The position numbers and the translations under genes were made by a program. A stretch of DNA of 64,000 nucleotides. It comes from Dehalococcoidia bacterium (lineage in GTDB: Bacteria; Chloroflexota; Dehalococcoidia; Tepidiformales; Tepidiformaceae). Shown here piece after piece: positions 34,479 through 44,709 of this stretch. The stretch lies in assembly GCA_007118095.1 (NCBI GenBank), contig SKSF01000102.1, forward strand, positions 531 through 64,530, read 5' to 3'. Within the stretch, counting starts at the first letter, position 1, and each line of letters begins with the position of its first letter. The notes beneath the pieces were generated by a model. That model worked only from the letters and a program-made list of their open reading frames with translations. It had not been told where the DNA came from and searched no databases.

Positions 34479-35261
34479 TCACCAGGCCGTCCAGCCGCCA
34501 TCGACCAGGAGTGATTGCCCCGTGACGAAGTTGCTGGCATCGCTCGCGAGGAAGACGACGGCACCGGCGAGTTCGTGCGGTTGTCCCCAGCGGCCCATGG
34601 GCGTGCGGCCAGTGATGAACGCATTGCGTTCCGGGTCTTCGAAGAGGGGACGAGTGAGCTCGGTTTCGAAGTAGGTCGGGCCGAGCGCATTCACCTGGAC
34701 GTTCGCAGTAGCCCATTCGAGTGCGAGAACTTTGGTGAGCTGTTCGATGCCGCCTTTCGAGCTTGCGTAGGCGGTCTGCCCGGGGAGGGCGACCTGGCCC
34801 ATGATGCTGGACACGTTGATGACCTTGCCCGACCCTCGTTCGACCATGTGCCGTCCCGCAGCACGGGCGTAGAGGAAATAGCCCTTCAAGTTCGTATTGA
34901 TGACCTGTTCGAACTCCTCGACGGGAAGTTCGAGGATCGGCTTCCGGATGTTGATCCCGGCGTTATTGACCAGGATGTCGATACGGCCGAGCTGGTCGAT
35001 GACAGCCTTGACCGCCGCTTCGACTGATTCTTCGCTGGTGGTGTCCGCGGTAACCGCAGCGCCAGTGCGCCCGAGGCTTTCGACTTCTTCTTTCAAGCTG
35101 AGGAGTTCGGGCTCGGTCCGGGCGGTGCCGGCGATGTCGGCGCCGGCGGCTGCCAGTGCGAGCGCCATTGAGCGCCCAAGCCCCCGGCCTGCGCCGGTAA
35201 CGAGGGCGACGCGGCCAGTGAGGTCGAATATTTGGGTTCCACGTAGTTCTTGCCGTTCCAC
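34479..35261 (-). CDS. SDR-family oxidoreductase (FabG / gluconate-5-dehydrogenase-like)
   Basis: TGAGRGLG (TGxxxGxG), NNAG, catalytic YASSK. Confidence 0.9.
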   Translation of the reverse strand: MERQELRGTQIFDLTGRVALVTGAGRGLGRSMALALAAAGADIAGTARTEPELLSLKEEVESLGRTGAAVTADTTSEESVEAAVKAVIDQLGRIDILVNNAGINIRKPILELPVEEFEQVINTNLKGYFLYARAAGRHMVERGSGKVINVSSIMGQVALPGQTAYASSKGGIEQLTKVLALEWATANVQVNALGPTYFETELTRPLFEDPERNAFITGRTPMGRWGQPHELAGAVVFLASDASNFVTGQSLLVDGGWTAW

Positions 35262-35386
35262 GTTCCGGGAGTCTACGGGGGTCCGTGATGAGCGTCACGC
35301 GGCGGGGCGGATGCATACAAGGGCCGCGCTGCGCAGAATAGGTACCAACGGGAGCGACGAGCATCCGATCGCCCGGAGGGAGACCG

Positions 35387-35545
35387 ATGGCTGATTCGCA
35401 CGACAACGAAGATCCGAATGCGGCGCCGATGCGCCAGTACATCGACGAGAACTTCAGCGAGTTCCAAGTTGGTGCGGCGTGGGTGCTGGGCATCGTGGCA
35501 CTGGCGCTTGGCATCGTCTTTGGCATCACGATGGCAAACAATTAG
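35387..35545 (+). CDS. 52-aa single-pass membrane mini-protein
   Basis: Below the track cutoff; translated by hand as MADSHDNEDPNAAPMRQYIDENFSEFQVGAAWVLGIVALALGIVFGITMANN. GGAGGGAG lies 4-5 nt upstream of the ATG. Acidic N-terminus plus one hydrophobic helix. Confidence 0.5.
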   Translation: MADSHDNEDPNAAPMRQYIDENFSEFQVGAAWVLGIVALALGIVFGITMANN

Positions 35546-35629
35546 GCCAGCGCATCACACCCGGAAATACCGCATATCGAGAGATGATCTACAAGTTCAC
35601 GTAATCGCGACGTTAACGTTGGCTCATCT

Positions 35630-36148
35630 TTGTATGATTTGAGGATGGAGCAGGCAACGGAGACCAGGGCCCTCCCGGGTGCACGCATTCTTCTCCGGGC
35701 GACGAAGTACGACGGCGCTGCGCACTGGATCCAGCCCTTCACCGTCGTCTCGGACGACGGCAACCTGCTGGTGGCGCGTTACCGCGCGCGCACGCCGATC
35801 TTCACGAGCCGGGGCGAGTTTCGTTCGCCGTACGATAGCTACGTGTACTTCTGGCGCGACCGCTGGTTCAACGTTTTCCGACTGGCGCGTCCGCAGTGCG
35901 GGCTGGCGTTGTGGTACTGCAACGTGACCACACCGCCGGTGCTGGAAGGCAACCAGTTGCGCTATGTCGACCTCGACCTCGACGTCGCAGTGCGGCCCGA
36001 CGGGTGCATTGAGCTCCTGGACGCGGACGAGTTCGAAGAGCACAAGAAGAAGTACGGGTATCCGGGACACGTTGTGGACGCCGCAAAACGGGCGGCGGAG
36101 CGGGTTTCGGTGCTGGCAAGCCGCGGGGAGTTCCCGTTTAACCAGTAA
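35630..36148 (+). CDS. DUF402 (FAU-1 / nucleoside di-triphosphatase Ntdp-like) protein
   Basis: WYCNVTTPPVLEGNQLRYVDLDLDVAVRPDG..ELLDADEFEEH matches the DUF402 core. The start is ambiguous (35630 or 35645). Confidence 0.75.
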   Translation: MYDLRMEQATETRALPGARILLRATKYDGAAHWIQPFTVVSDDGNLLVARYRARTPIFTSRGEFRSPYDSYVYFWRDRWFNVFRLARPQCGLALWYCNVTTPPVLEGNQLRYVDLDLDVAVRPDGCIELLDADEFEEHKKKYGYPGHVVDAAKRAAERVSVLASRGEFPFNQ

Positions 36149-36202
36149 CGGGCGCCGGATCCTCCTTCTCCTCTGCCCGCTGGAGGCATAGGCTATAGGT
36201 CT

Positions 36203-37903
36203 ATGCTCGATGCACGTGATATTCGCCCCCACCTCGAAGGTTTAATTGAGGGCGCCGTCCGGTCGGCCATCCAGGCGGGCGAGCTGCCCGATGTCGCCGT
36301 CCCGTCGGTGCCGATTGAGCGGCCGAAGGACCCGTCGCACGGGGATTTCGCCACGACGTTGCCTCTACGTATGGCGCGCAGCGCGATGAAGAAGCCGCTC
36401 GAGATAGCCGAAGCAGTCGCCAAGCACCTGCCAGCCGATGAAGCCATCGAGGCGCCGGAAGTTGCGCCGCCCGGCTTCATCAACATGCGGCTCAGCGACG
36501 TGTTCCTCCAGCAGCAGATTGTGCGCGTGATCGAGCATGGGCCGGCCTTTGCAGACATGCCGCTGGGGACGGGCAAGAAGGCGCAGGTCGAGTTCGTATC
36601 AGCCAATCCCACCGGGCCGCTTCACGTGGGGAACGGCCGGGGCGCGGCGATTGGCGATGCGCTGGCCGCAGTGCTCGAAGCCGCCGGATACGAGACCGAG
36701 CGGGAATATTACGTCAACGATGCCGGGACGCAGACTGACACGTTCTCGGAGACGCTCTACGCGCGCTATCAGCAGCTGTTCGGGCGCGATGTGGATATCC
36801 CGAAGGATGGCTACCCGGGCGACTACATGATCGAGCTTGCCCAGACGCTGAAGAAGGACCACGGCGATGGTTTGCTGCGGCCCGAAGGGGAGCGGCCGCC
36901 CGAAAACCTGAACCAGATCGGCATGGACGCGATGGTCGGACACATCCGCGAGAGCCTGCGGAAGCTCGGGGTCGAATATAACGTCTGGTTTAGCGAACGG
37001 TCGCTGTACGCAGGCGAAAAGGTATTCGATACGGCGATGGCAATTCTGAAGGAGAATGGCCAGCTCACCGAGCGCGAGGGGGCGCTCTGGTTCACATCGA
37101 GTGACCTGGGCGAGAGCAAGGACAATGTGGTCGTCCGCTCGAACGGCAAGCCGACCTACTATGCCAGCGATATCGCCTACCACTACGACAAATTTGTCCG
37201 GCGCGGATTCGACCTGGTCATTGACGTATGGGGCGCGGACCATCACGGGCACGTGTCGCGGCTGAAGACGGCGACACAGGCGCTTGGCGCCAACCCCGAA
37301 GCACTGCATATCCTGCTCTACCAGCTCGTGACCTTGAAGCGGGGCGGCGAAACGGTCCGCCTTTCGAAGCGCGGCGGTGACCTGATCACGCTCGATGAGC
37401 TTGTGGACGAAGTCGGCCCGGACGCGACGCGCTTCTTCTTCCTGATGCGCTCGCCGGGCGCACAGATGGACTTCGATATCGACCTCGCAGTGAAGCAGTC
37501 GAACGAAAACCCTGTCTACTACGTCCAGTACGCCCACGCGCGGCTGTCACAGATCCTTGCGCGAGCGGCGGAACAGGGGATCGATGCGAGCGGCGGCGAC
37601 GTCTCGTTGCTCACGCAACCGCACGAGCTCGGGCTGGTCCGCGAGATGCTGCGGCTTGTCGACGTAATCGAACAGTCGGCGACGGAGCTCGAGGTACACC
37701 AGTTGCCGCACTATGCGATGGCGCTCGCGACGGCGTTCCACGCATTCAACGACGCATTCCGGCAGCAGAGCGATTCGAGCCTCAAGGTTATCACCGACGA
37801 CGAAGACCTCACCCGCGCGCGGCTGCGGCTCGTGCAAGCGGCCCAGATTGCGCTTGCGCGGGTGCTGGGGCTCATGGGCGTCTCTGCTCCCGAGCGGATG
37901 TGA
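36203..37903 (+). CDS. argS: Arginyl-tRNA synthetase
   Basis: 566 aa. SANPTGPLHVGNGR (HIGH-type), class I core, DALR anticodon-binding C-terminus ending in M. Confidence 0.96.
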   Translation: MLDARDIRPHLEGLIEGAVRSAIQAGELPDVAVPSVPIERPKDPSHGDFATTLPLRMARSAMKKPLEIAEAVAKHLPADEAIEAPEVAPPGFINMRLSDVFLQQQIVRVIEHGPAFADMPLGTGKKAQVEFVSANPTGPLHVGNGRGAAIGDALAAVLEAAGYETEREYYVNDAGTQTDTFSETLYARYQQLFGRDVDIPKDGYPGDYMIELAQTLKKDHGDGLLRPEGERPPENLNQIGMDAMVGHIRESLRKLGVEYNVWFSERSLYAGEKVFDTAMAILKENGQLTEREGALWFTSSDLGESKDNVVVRSNGKPTYYASDIAYHYDKFVRRGFDLVIDVWGADHHGHVSRLKTATQALGANPEALHILLYQLVTLKRGGETVRLSKRGGDLITLDELVDEVGPDATRFFFLMRSPGAQMDFDIDLAVKQSNENPVYYVQYAHARLSQILARAAEQGIDASGGDVSLLTQPHELGLVREMLRLVDVIEQSATELEVHQLPHYAMALATAFHAFNDAFRQQSDSSLKVITDDEDLTRARLRLVQAAQIALARVLGLMGVSAPERM

Positions 37904-37904
37904 G

Positions 37905-38516
37905 ATGGATGCGCTGCTCCCGGCGCTGACCGGGCGGCGAGCTACGCGCGCCTTCGCGGCAACGCCCGTCAACCCCGGTGCGCTCGACCTTCTCTGTCGC
38001 GCCGTTTCGATCGCACCGAGCCATGGGAACACGCAGCCGACCCGCATCCTTGTGCCGTCCACCGCCAGGCAGCAACAGGAGCTGCTCGACGCGCTGTCCG
38101 AAGGGAACCGATCATGGGCCGGGACGGCGCCGCTGCTTTTCGCCCTGGCAGCGGTCCCGTCGCATGACCGACTGGCGCAGGACCGGGATGGGACCGAGCG
38201 CGAGCTCTGGGCTTTTCATGCCGGGATCGCGCTGGGGAACCTGCTGGCGCAGGGCACGGCGATGGGCCTGGTCGTGCACCCGATGGCGGGGTTCGACGAA
38301 CCGTCGGTCCGCGCCGTCTTTTCAGCCCCGGGCGATGTGCGGATCATGACGGTCATTGCCGCGGGGTATCCTGGCGATCCTGGTGCGTTGCCAACCGACC
38401 TCCAGCAACGCGAGGCTGCGCCACAAGAGCGCCTGCCGCTCGAGCGGCTGGTTGTGCGCGGCACCTGGACCGGGGAGCACGGCGAAAGCGCACGTTCATT
38501 ACGGAGGAAGACATGA
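37905..38516 (+). CDS. Nitroreductase-family protein
   Basis: The ATG lies 2 nt after the argS stop. RRATRAF....L..LL.A...APS..N.QP signature (TGRRATRAFAATPV..LLCRAVSIAPSHGNTQP). Confidence 0.8.
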   Translation: MDALLPALTGRRATRAFAATPVNPGALDLLCRAVSIAPSHGNTQPTRILVPSTARQQQELLDALSEGNRSWAGTAPLLFALAAVPSHDRLAQDRDGTERELWAFHAGIALGNLLAQGTAMGLVVHPMAGFDEPSVRAVFSAPGDVRIMTVIAAGYPGDPGALPTDLQQREAAPQERLPLERLVVRGTWTGEHGESARSLRRKT

Positions 38517-39361
38517 GCGACGTAACGGCGGAGGAACCACCGTCCCTCCCTGTCGGGCAAAGCGGGCGGCCCGCAGCGCAAATCCTGGAGGCGTGCGCCG
38601 AGGAGGCGCGCGGCATCCTGCTCGAGCAATTCGGCCGGGCTGTCGTTTCGGGAGTGAAGGGGCGCGGCAACGTGGTCACGGAGACAGATGTCGCCATCGA
38701 ACAGGCAGTCACCCGGCACCTGCTCGACGAGTTCCCGGACCATGCCATCCTCGGCGAAGAAGAAGGTTCCGCCGTCCGCTCGGAAGGGTGGATGTGGGTC
38801 ATCGACCCTGTGGACGGGACGAAGAACTTTTCCCGGGGCATCCCGCACTTCTGCTTTGCGGCGGCGCTCTGTTATGGCAACGAGCCCCAGCTCGCCCTGA
38901 CGCTGCAGCCCATGACCGGGGACGTGTTCATGGCGCAGAAGGGGCAGGGCACCTCGCTGAACGGGCGCTCTACCAGCGTCAGCAACACAACAACCATCGA
39001 GGACTCCGTCGTTGGCCTCGACCTGGGTTATGACAACGCACGCGGGAAGATTCAGCTCGGCCTGGGGTACGAACTGTGGCCCGGGCTCGAGAGCCTTCGC
39101 GTCAACGGCTCTGCCGCGCTGGGATTCGCCTATGTCGCCTGCGGCCGCTGGGACCTGTACCTGCATTCGAACTTGCAACCGTGGGACAGTGCCGGCGGAC
39201 TGCTGCTGATCCGCGAAGCAGGCGGCGTGGTCTCGGACCGCGACGGCGGGGAGGCGACGCTCTGGAGTGAAGGGATCGTCGGGGGACCGCAGGCGGTGCA
39301 TGACGAGTTCCAGCGCCGGTTTGGTTCACACCCGTGGCGCGGGGAGGACGAGGAACTATGA
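38513..39361 (+). CDS. Inositol monophosphatase family protein (SuhB-like)
   Basis: ILGEEEG, WVIDPVDGTKNF, WDSAGGLLLIREAGG. 4-nt overlaps on both sides. Confidence 0.9.
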   Translation: MSDVTAEEPPSLPVGQSGRPAAQILEACAEEARGILLEQFGRAVVSGVKGRGNVVTETDVAIEQAVTRHLLDEFPDHAILGEEEGSAVRSEGWMWVIDPVDGTKNFSRGIPHFCFAAALCYGNEPQLALTLQPMTGDVFMAQKGQGTSLNGRSTSVSNTTTIEDSVVGLDLGYDNARGKIQLGLGYELWPGLESLRVNGSAALGFAYVACGRWDLYLHSNLQPWDSAGGLLLIREAGGVVSDRDGGEATLWSEGIVGGPQAVHDEFQRRFGSHPWRGEDEEL

Positions 39362-41037
39362 CATCCGAGGTGTACGGCATCGCCGACCGTTACGTCGAAG
39401 AGCTGGCGGCACTTGACCCTGTAGCAGCCACGGGGCTCGGTATCGCCGGCCACGACGAAGCGATGACCGACTACTCGCCGGCCGGGTACGAGGCGCTGCA
39501 GGGGTTGCGGACAGATACGCGCGTGGCGCTCGACGGGGCGGCGCTGAGCGGCGACCGCGACCGGGTCGCCCGCGAAGTGATGACGAACGCGCTGGGCGCG
39601 CAGTCGGCGGCGTACGATGCCGAGGACCATCTGCGCGGGCTGGGAATCCTGGGCACGCCCGTGCAGGCCATGCGGATGACCTTTGACCAGATGCCCCGCG
39701 ACACGCGGGAAGAGTGGGAGCGGATTGTCACGCGGCTTCGCAAGGTAGGCGATGGGCTCGCGAGCTACCGCGAGACGCTCGATCTTGGCGTAGAGCGCGG
39801 CAAGCCTGCCGCCGGGCGGCAGGCGGTCGAGGTTGCCCGCCAGTGCGACACGTGGAGCGGGCGCACCGGGGGAACGCCGTTCTTCGACCGGTTGATAGAC
39901 GCATTTGATGCGGCGGGAATTGGCGATGACATCCTGCGCGGCCGGCTGACGGATGCAGTGACCGCGGCGAACAGCGCCTTCGCGGAGATGGGCCAGTACC
40001 TGGCGGGCGAGCTCGCGCCGCGCGCGGACGAAACCGACGCCGTGGGGCCGGAGCGCTATCAGCGTTCGTCGCTGCTCTACAACGGCGCCGAACTCGAGCT
40101 CGAAGAGACGTATGCGTGGGGATGGGACGAGCTCTACCGGATCGAGGAAGAGATGCGAGCGACGGCGCACCGGATCGTCCCCGGGGGAAGCGTCGCCGAG
40201 GCCCGCGAGCTGCTGGAAACGGACCCGGAGCGATGCATCGAGGGCGAGGAGCGGTTCCAGCAGTGGATGCAGGACCTGCAGGAGCGCACCATCGCCGAGC
40301 TGAACGGCGTGCACTTCGACATCCCCGAGCCGATACAGCGCATCGAGGCGAAGATCGCGCCGCCGGGCGGCGCGCTGGCGATGTACTACACGGCACCATC
40401 GGAAGACTTCTCGCGCCCCGGGCGCACCTGGTACCCGACCGGCGGGAAGACGCGGTTCCCACTCTGGGGGGAAGTTTCGATTGCCTACCACGAAGGCGTG
40501 CCGGGGCACCACCTGGAGCGGGCGAGCGTGCGGTACAAGGCGGATACGCTGTCCCGCTTCCAGCGCCTCTTCGCGCTGTCTGGCTACGTGGAAGGCTGGG
40601 GGCTCTATGCAGAGCGTTTGATGAGCGAGCTCGGCTACCTGGAGAACCCGGACTACTACCTGGGGATGCTGCGTGCGCAGGCGCTGCGGTGTGTCCGGGT
40701 TGTCGTGGACATCGGGATGCACCTGCAGCTACGCATCCCGGAACGTGAGCCCTTCCACGGCGGCGAGACATGGACGCCGGAGCTGGGGCAAGCGTTTGCC
40801 GACGAGCGCAGCCAGTTCCCGCCGGAGTTCATGGCCAGCGAGATCACGCGGTACCTCGGGCGGCCGGGGCAGGCCATCAGCTACAAGGTGGGCGAGCGGG
40901 CCTGGCTCGAAGCGCGCGAGGCTGCGAAACAGGTGCAGGGCGGGGCGTTCGACCTCAAGGCGTTTCACGCAAATGCGTTCGAGGTAGGCCCAATGGGGCT
41001 GTCACAGATGCAACGGGAGCTGGGCGCGACTTCCTAG
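39358..41037 (+). CDS. DUF885-family protein (HExxH-like metallopeptidase fold)
   Basis: Start at the ATG at 39358 (ATGA overlap). YHEGVPGHHLE motif and the typical length and layout of DUF885. Confidence 0.75.
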   Translation: MTSEVYGIADRYVEELAALDPVAATGLGIAGHDEAMTDYSPAGYEALQGLRTDTRVALDGAALSGDRDRVAREVMTNALGAQSAAYDAEDHLRGLGILGTPVQAMRMTFDQMPRDTREEWERIVTRLRKVGDGLASYRETLDLGVERGKPAAGRQAVEVARQCDTWSGRTGGTPFFDRLIDAFDAAGIGDDILRGRLTDAVTAANSAFAEMGQYLAGELAPRADETDAVGPERYQRSSLLYNGAELELEETYAWGWDELYRIEEEMRATAHRIVPGGSVAEARELLETDPERCIEGEERFQQWMQDLQERTIAELNGVHFDIPEPIQRIEAKIAPPGGALAMYYTAPSEDFSRPGRTWYPTGGKTRFPLWGEVSIAYHEGVPGHHLERASVRYKADTLSRFQRLFALSGYVEGWGLYAERLMSELGYLENPDYYLGMLRAQALRCVRVVVDIGMHLQLRIPEREPFHGGETWTPELGQAFADERSQFPPEFMASEITRYLGRPGQAISYKVGERAWLEAREAAKQVQGGAFDLKAFHANAFEVGPMGLSQMQRELGATS

Positions 41038-41873
41038 ACAGCGGCCATGAACACGAGCGCGATGAGCGCCGATCCTGCGGCAAACGCGACGAAGAGCCCG
41101 TCGCGGCCGAGCACGCGCGGGGCACGCAGGGCTGCAATGGCGGTCGCGAAACCAGCGGCGGCCATGACGAAGGCGTGTTCGGGGCTGGACGGCAGCACTA
41201 CGAAGACAGCGAGTGACGCGGCGAGACCAAATGTCCCGAAGGCGATGCGTGTGGCCTGTCGTGGCCCCACCCGGTGGGCGGCGCCGCGGACGCTTTCAGA
41301 TTCGGCGGCGATGTCGGGGAGCTGGTTCGCGAAATGGAGCGAAAGGCCGAGGAGAATGCCGAGCGGGACGACCCACCAGAGCATGGGATCCCAGGCGTCG
41401 GCGGCCGTATACGTCCAGACGGGGATGAGGGGGATAGCGACAGCATAGGGGAGCCAGCTCAGCATGGTCCGCTTGAGCGCGGCGTTGTAGATGAGTCCAC
41501 ATGCCAAGCCCAGGATGCCAACGAGCCACGCGAGCAACGGCAGCGGCATGCTGATGACCAGCCCGGCGAAAACGAAAGCGCTTGCCAGGATCGACGCGGT
41601 CCGGCGCTGCACAGCACCGGCGGCCAGCGGCTTCCACGGCTTCTGTTCGCGGTCGAGCTCGGCGTCGCTGATGTCGTTGGTGATGCCGATGGCGAACTGG
41701 TAGCAGAGCATCGTTATGCCAAGCCACGCGGCCAGCACCGAGCGGTCTTCGCCGGCAGCAAGCGCCGCAAGGACGGCTGTGAGGCCCGCGACGAGGAATG
41801 ACGGGAACGGGTGCAGGATGCGTACCGCTGTGAGCGGGCCCCGGTGTGTTTGCGACGCGGTCTGTGAGGACAT
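41034..41873 (-). CDS. UbiA-family prenyltransferase
   Basis: Polytopic membrane protein with NDISDAELD (NDxxDxxxD). Its stop overlaps the DUF885 stop (CTAG). Confidence 0.8.
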   Translation of the reverse strand: MSSQTASQTHRGPLTAVRILHPFPSFLVAGLTAVLAALAAGEDRSVLAAWLGITMLCYQFAIGITNDISDAELDREQKPWKPLAAGAVQRRTASILASAFVFAGLVISMPLPLLAWLVGILGLACGLIYNAALKRTMLSWLPYAVAIPLIPVWTYTAADAWDPMLWWVVPLGILLGLSLHFANQLPDIAAESESVRGAAHRVGPRQATRIAFGTFGLAASLAVFVVLPSSPEHAFVMAAAGFATAIAALRAPRVLGRDGLFVAFAAGSALIALVFMAAV

Positions 41874-41935
41874 GTGACTGTCCGAGTGTAGCTGTTTGCG
41901 CGGCCAACCCCTACCGAACGAGCGCCGACAGGCAT

Positions 41936-43186
41936 ATGCTTGCGCCCGTGAAAGCGGAAATTATTGCCATCGGCACCGAGATCTTGCTCGGGGAGATTAT
42001 CGATACGAACAGCGCGCACATTGCGCAACAGCTCCCGGAGCTTGGAATCGACCTCTATTACAAGACGGTGGTCGGCGATAACCCGAACCGCCTGACGGAG
42101 ACCATTGAGCGAGCATGGGGCCGCTCCGACCTTACCATTGCGACCGGCGGACTCGGGCCTACGGACGACGACCAGACCCGTGAGTCGATCGCGAAGGTGC
42201 TGGGCGAGGAGCTGCACGTCGACCCGGCGCTGGAAGAGCGCGTCCGGAACTTCTTCGCGGCGCGCGGCTATCCGATGCCGGAGTCAAACATCAAGCAGGC
42301 GTGGCTTATTCCGAGCGCTCGGGCGCTCGAAAACCCCCGGGGCACTGCGCCGGGGTGGTGGGTCGAGCGCGATGGCCGCGTGATTGTCTGCATGCCCGGT
42401 GTGCCGCCCGAGATGGAGCACATGTGGGTAAACGAGGTGCGGCCCGAGCTGGAACGCCGATCAGGCGGCGAAGTGCTGGTGACCCGAACGCTGAAGACGC
42501 TGGGGATCGGCGAAGGGACCGTGGACGAGATGGCGCGTCCGGTCTATTCCATGCCTGGCATCGGCATCGGCACGTACGCGCGGCAAGACGGCGTGCACAT
42601 GCGCATCGGAGCGAAGGGCACGACGCGCGAAGAAGCCTGGTCGCGCATCCATCCCGCGGAGGAAGAGCTGCGCAGCATCTTTGGCGCTGCCATCTGGGGC
42701 GCGGACGAAGACACGCTCGAAGCGGCTATCGCCGACATGCTGCACAAGCGGCGGGAGTCGGTCGCGACGATGGAATCGGGCACGGGCGGACTGCTGGCAA
42801 GCACGCTCACGGATGTGCCGGGGGCGACCCAGCACTTTGCGGGCGGTGTCGTCGCCTACCACGCGCAGCAGAAGATCGACGCGGGCGTGCCTGCCGAGGT
42901 CATCACGTCGGAAGGGGTTGTCTCGCCCGAGACGGCGAAGGCGATGGCACGTGCCGCGCGTGAGCGTTTCGGAGCCGAGTACGGCATCGGGACAACTGGC
43001 GTGATGGGCCCCGAACCGATGGAGGGCGTCCCGCCGGGAACGGTGCATATCGGGCTGTCGAGCGCCACAGGCGCTGAACACTCGGTTTCGATGACCTTCA
43101 ACCAGGGTCGGGCCGCGGTGAAGCGCCGGGCGGTAACAACGTCGCTTCTGCTCCTGCGGCGCGCGATGCTCGGGGAACTCGGCTAG
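41936..43186 (+). CDS. cinA: CinA (competence/damage-inducible protein; NMN amidohydrolase PncC domain)
   Basis: AEIIAIGTEILLGEIIDTNSAHIAQQL, TGGLGPTDDDQTRE, C-terminal ESGTGGLL PncC-type domain. Start at the ATG at 41936. Confidence 0.92.
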   Translation: MLAPVKAEIIAIGTEILLGEIIDTNSAHIAQQLPELGIDLYYKTVVGDNPNRLTETIERAWGRSDLTIATGGLGPTDDDQTRESIAKVLGEELHVDPALEERVRNFFAARGYPMPESNIKQAWLIPSARALENPRGTAPGWWVERDGRVIVCMPGVPPEMEHMWVNEVRPELERRSGGEVLVTRTLKTLGIGEGTVDEMARPVYSMPGIGIGTYARQDGVHMRIGAKGTTREEAWSRIHPAEEELRSIFGAAIWGADEDTLEAAIADMLHKRRESVATMESGTGGLLASTLTDVPGATQHFAGGVVAYHAQQKIDAGVPAEVITSEGVVSPETAKAMARAARERFGAEYGIGTTGVMGPEPMEGVPPGTVHIGLSSATGAEHSVSMTFNQGRAAVKRRAVTTSLLLLRRAMLGELG

Positions 43187-43765
43187 CTACGGCGCGTCAG
43201 CCTCTGCGGCGGGCTCGACATGGCGCTCCGTATCGAATGCGGCCGCGAGCGCGGGCAGTGCCTCGCTGACGCGGCTGATGCGGGTGATATTCGGCCCTTC
43301 GAGCCAGCGGTTGCGGGCCCAGTCGACCAGGAGCACCTTCGGGAGGAACTCGGAGAGCCACTCGGCCGTGTGCGGGTCGTCTTCGAAGTGCGCCACCGGC
43401 CCGAGCTCCTGCAGCTTTCGGACCTTGAACTGCGCCGAGGTCTCTCGCCACGAGGGGCGCAGATGCAGTTCGGGGACGAATCCGAAGTACCGGGCAAACC
43501 AGCGTTCGGTCAACCCGCGAGCGTGCTCGGCGCGGGCCGAGACGACGATGCATTCGGCGAATTCGGCAACGGAGAGAAAGCCGGGGCGCGCGCCCGGCAT
43601 TGGCTTGCGCCCGAAGTAGCGCCAGCGTTCGGTGAACCAGAGGATGTTTCGGCGACCGGGCCGGTCACGGCGCTTCCCGTGGCCCTTGCCCGGGTTGATG
43701 CCGAAGGGCTGCCGGCACAGGACACCGTCCATGTCGAACGTAACGATCGGGCGTTCGCCATCCAT
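43187..43765 (-). CDS. HAD-superfamily-like hydrolase (5'-nucleotidase-like)
   Basis: N-terminal FDMDGVL (DxDG motif I). The remainder is poorly conserved. Abuts the cinA stop with zero gap. Confidence 0.55.
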   Translation of the reverse strand: MDGERPIVTFDMDGVLCRQPFGINPGKGHGKRRDRPGRRNILWFTERWRYFGRKPMPGARPGFLSVAEFAECIVVSARAEHARGLTERWFARYFGFVPELHLRPSWRETSAQFKVRKLQELGPVAHFEDDPHTAEWLSEFLPKVLLVDWARNRWLEGPNITRISRVSEALPALAAAFDTERHVEPAAEADAP

Positions 43766-43819
43766 GCGGAGATGGTACCGGGTGGCGCATACCGGTCGAA
43801 CGGATGATCGTGTGGCGCG

Positions 43820-44581
43820 ATGGACCTGGCGGAGCTCGCCTTTCTTGCCGCTGCCGCGTTTGCGGCCGGTGCTGTCAACGCGGTCGCGGGCGGCGGCTCG
43901 CTGATTAGCTTCCCCGCGCTCATCGCGGCGGGATACCCGGCGAAGACAGCAAACGTGACCAATACGGTGGCGCTCTGGCCTGGCTACCTGAGCGGCACGA
44001 TCGCGTACCGGCGTGAGCTCGTCGGACAGCGGAAGCGGGCGACCGCGCTCCTACTGCCGTCGCTCTCCGGCGCGCTGGGTGGGTCGGCATTGTTGCTCGC
44101 CACGCCGGAGGAAACGTTCAGCGCGGTCGTGCCATACCTGATCCTGTTTGCCTGCGCATTGATGGCCTTCCAGCGCCCGCTCTCGGACTTCACCGTGCGG
44201 CACCGGCTCGGTGTGCAGCATGCCGACCATATGCCTGCGACGCTCTATGGCGGCGTGTTCCTGATGTCGATCTACGGGGCGTACTTCGGCGCGGGCCTGG
44301 GCATCATGTTGCTGGCCGTGCTCGCGGTCTTGCTACCGGACGACCTGCACCGGTGCAACGCCATGAAGGGGCTGCTGTCATTCATGATCAACGCGATGGC
44401 GGTCGCCTACTTCGCGGCGTTCGGCCCGGTGGAGTGGGCGCCGGCGCTCGTCATGGCCGTGGGCGCCATCGGCGGGGGCTATCTCGGCGTGGGTGTTGTC
44501 CGTCATGTCCCGCCAGCGGGGTTGCGCGCCGGGGTCGTGGCGTATGGAGTATTTGTTGCTGTGTTTCTTCTCGTGAACTAA
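43820..44581 (+). CDS. TauE/SafE (DUF81) family anion exporter
   Basis: About 7-8 TM segments with GAVNAVAGGGSLISFPALI near the N-terminus and a repeated G-rich motif in the second half. Confidence 0.85.
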   Translation: MDLAELAFLAAAAFAAGAVNAVAGGGSLISFPALIAAGYPAKTANVTNTVALWPGYLSGTIAYRRELVGQRKRATALLLPSLSGALGGSALLLATPEETFSAVVPYLILFACALMAFQRPLSDFTVRHRLGVQHADHMPATLYGGVFLMSIYGAYFGAGLGIMLLAVLAVLLPDDLHRCNAMKGLLSFMINAMAVAYFAAFGPVEWAPALVMAVGAIGGGYLGVGVVRHVPPAGLRAGVVAYGVFVAVFLLVN

Positions 44582-44709
44582 GGGCGATCCGGGACCTTCC
44601 GATGATGTGAGCGGGAAACGCCCGGAGCACTTACGGGAACGGCCTCGTTCCGGGACCAAACGCTTCCGATAATTCCGGCAGGCGTTGTACGCACACGAAG
44701 AGGAACGGC

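Noticed and set aside
35610-35619. ACGTTAACGT palindrome upstream of the DUF402 gene
   Set aside because: A 10-bp palindrome in an AT-rich spacer, with no second copy seen and no known regulator nearby. That is too little to call a site.
38216-40722. 361-aa and 530-aa minus-strand ORFs opposite the IMPase and DUF885 genes. The same applies to 254..1594, 32061..33179, 30336..31436, 28993..30420, 22766..24073, 50608..52338, 10374..11963, 15200..16426 and 61249..62319.
   Set aside because: All lie antisense or out of frame to genes with unambiguous family motifs. Their compositions are Arg/Gly/Ala/Pro-biased as expected for non-coding frames in GC-rich genes.
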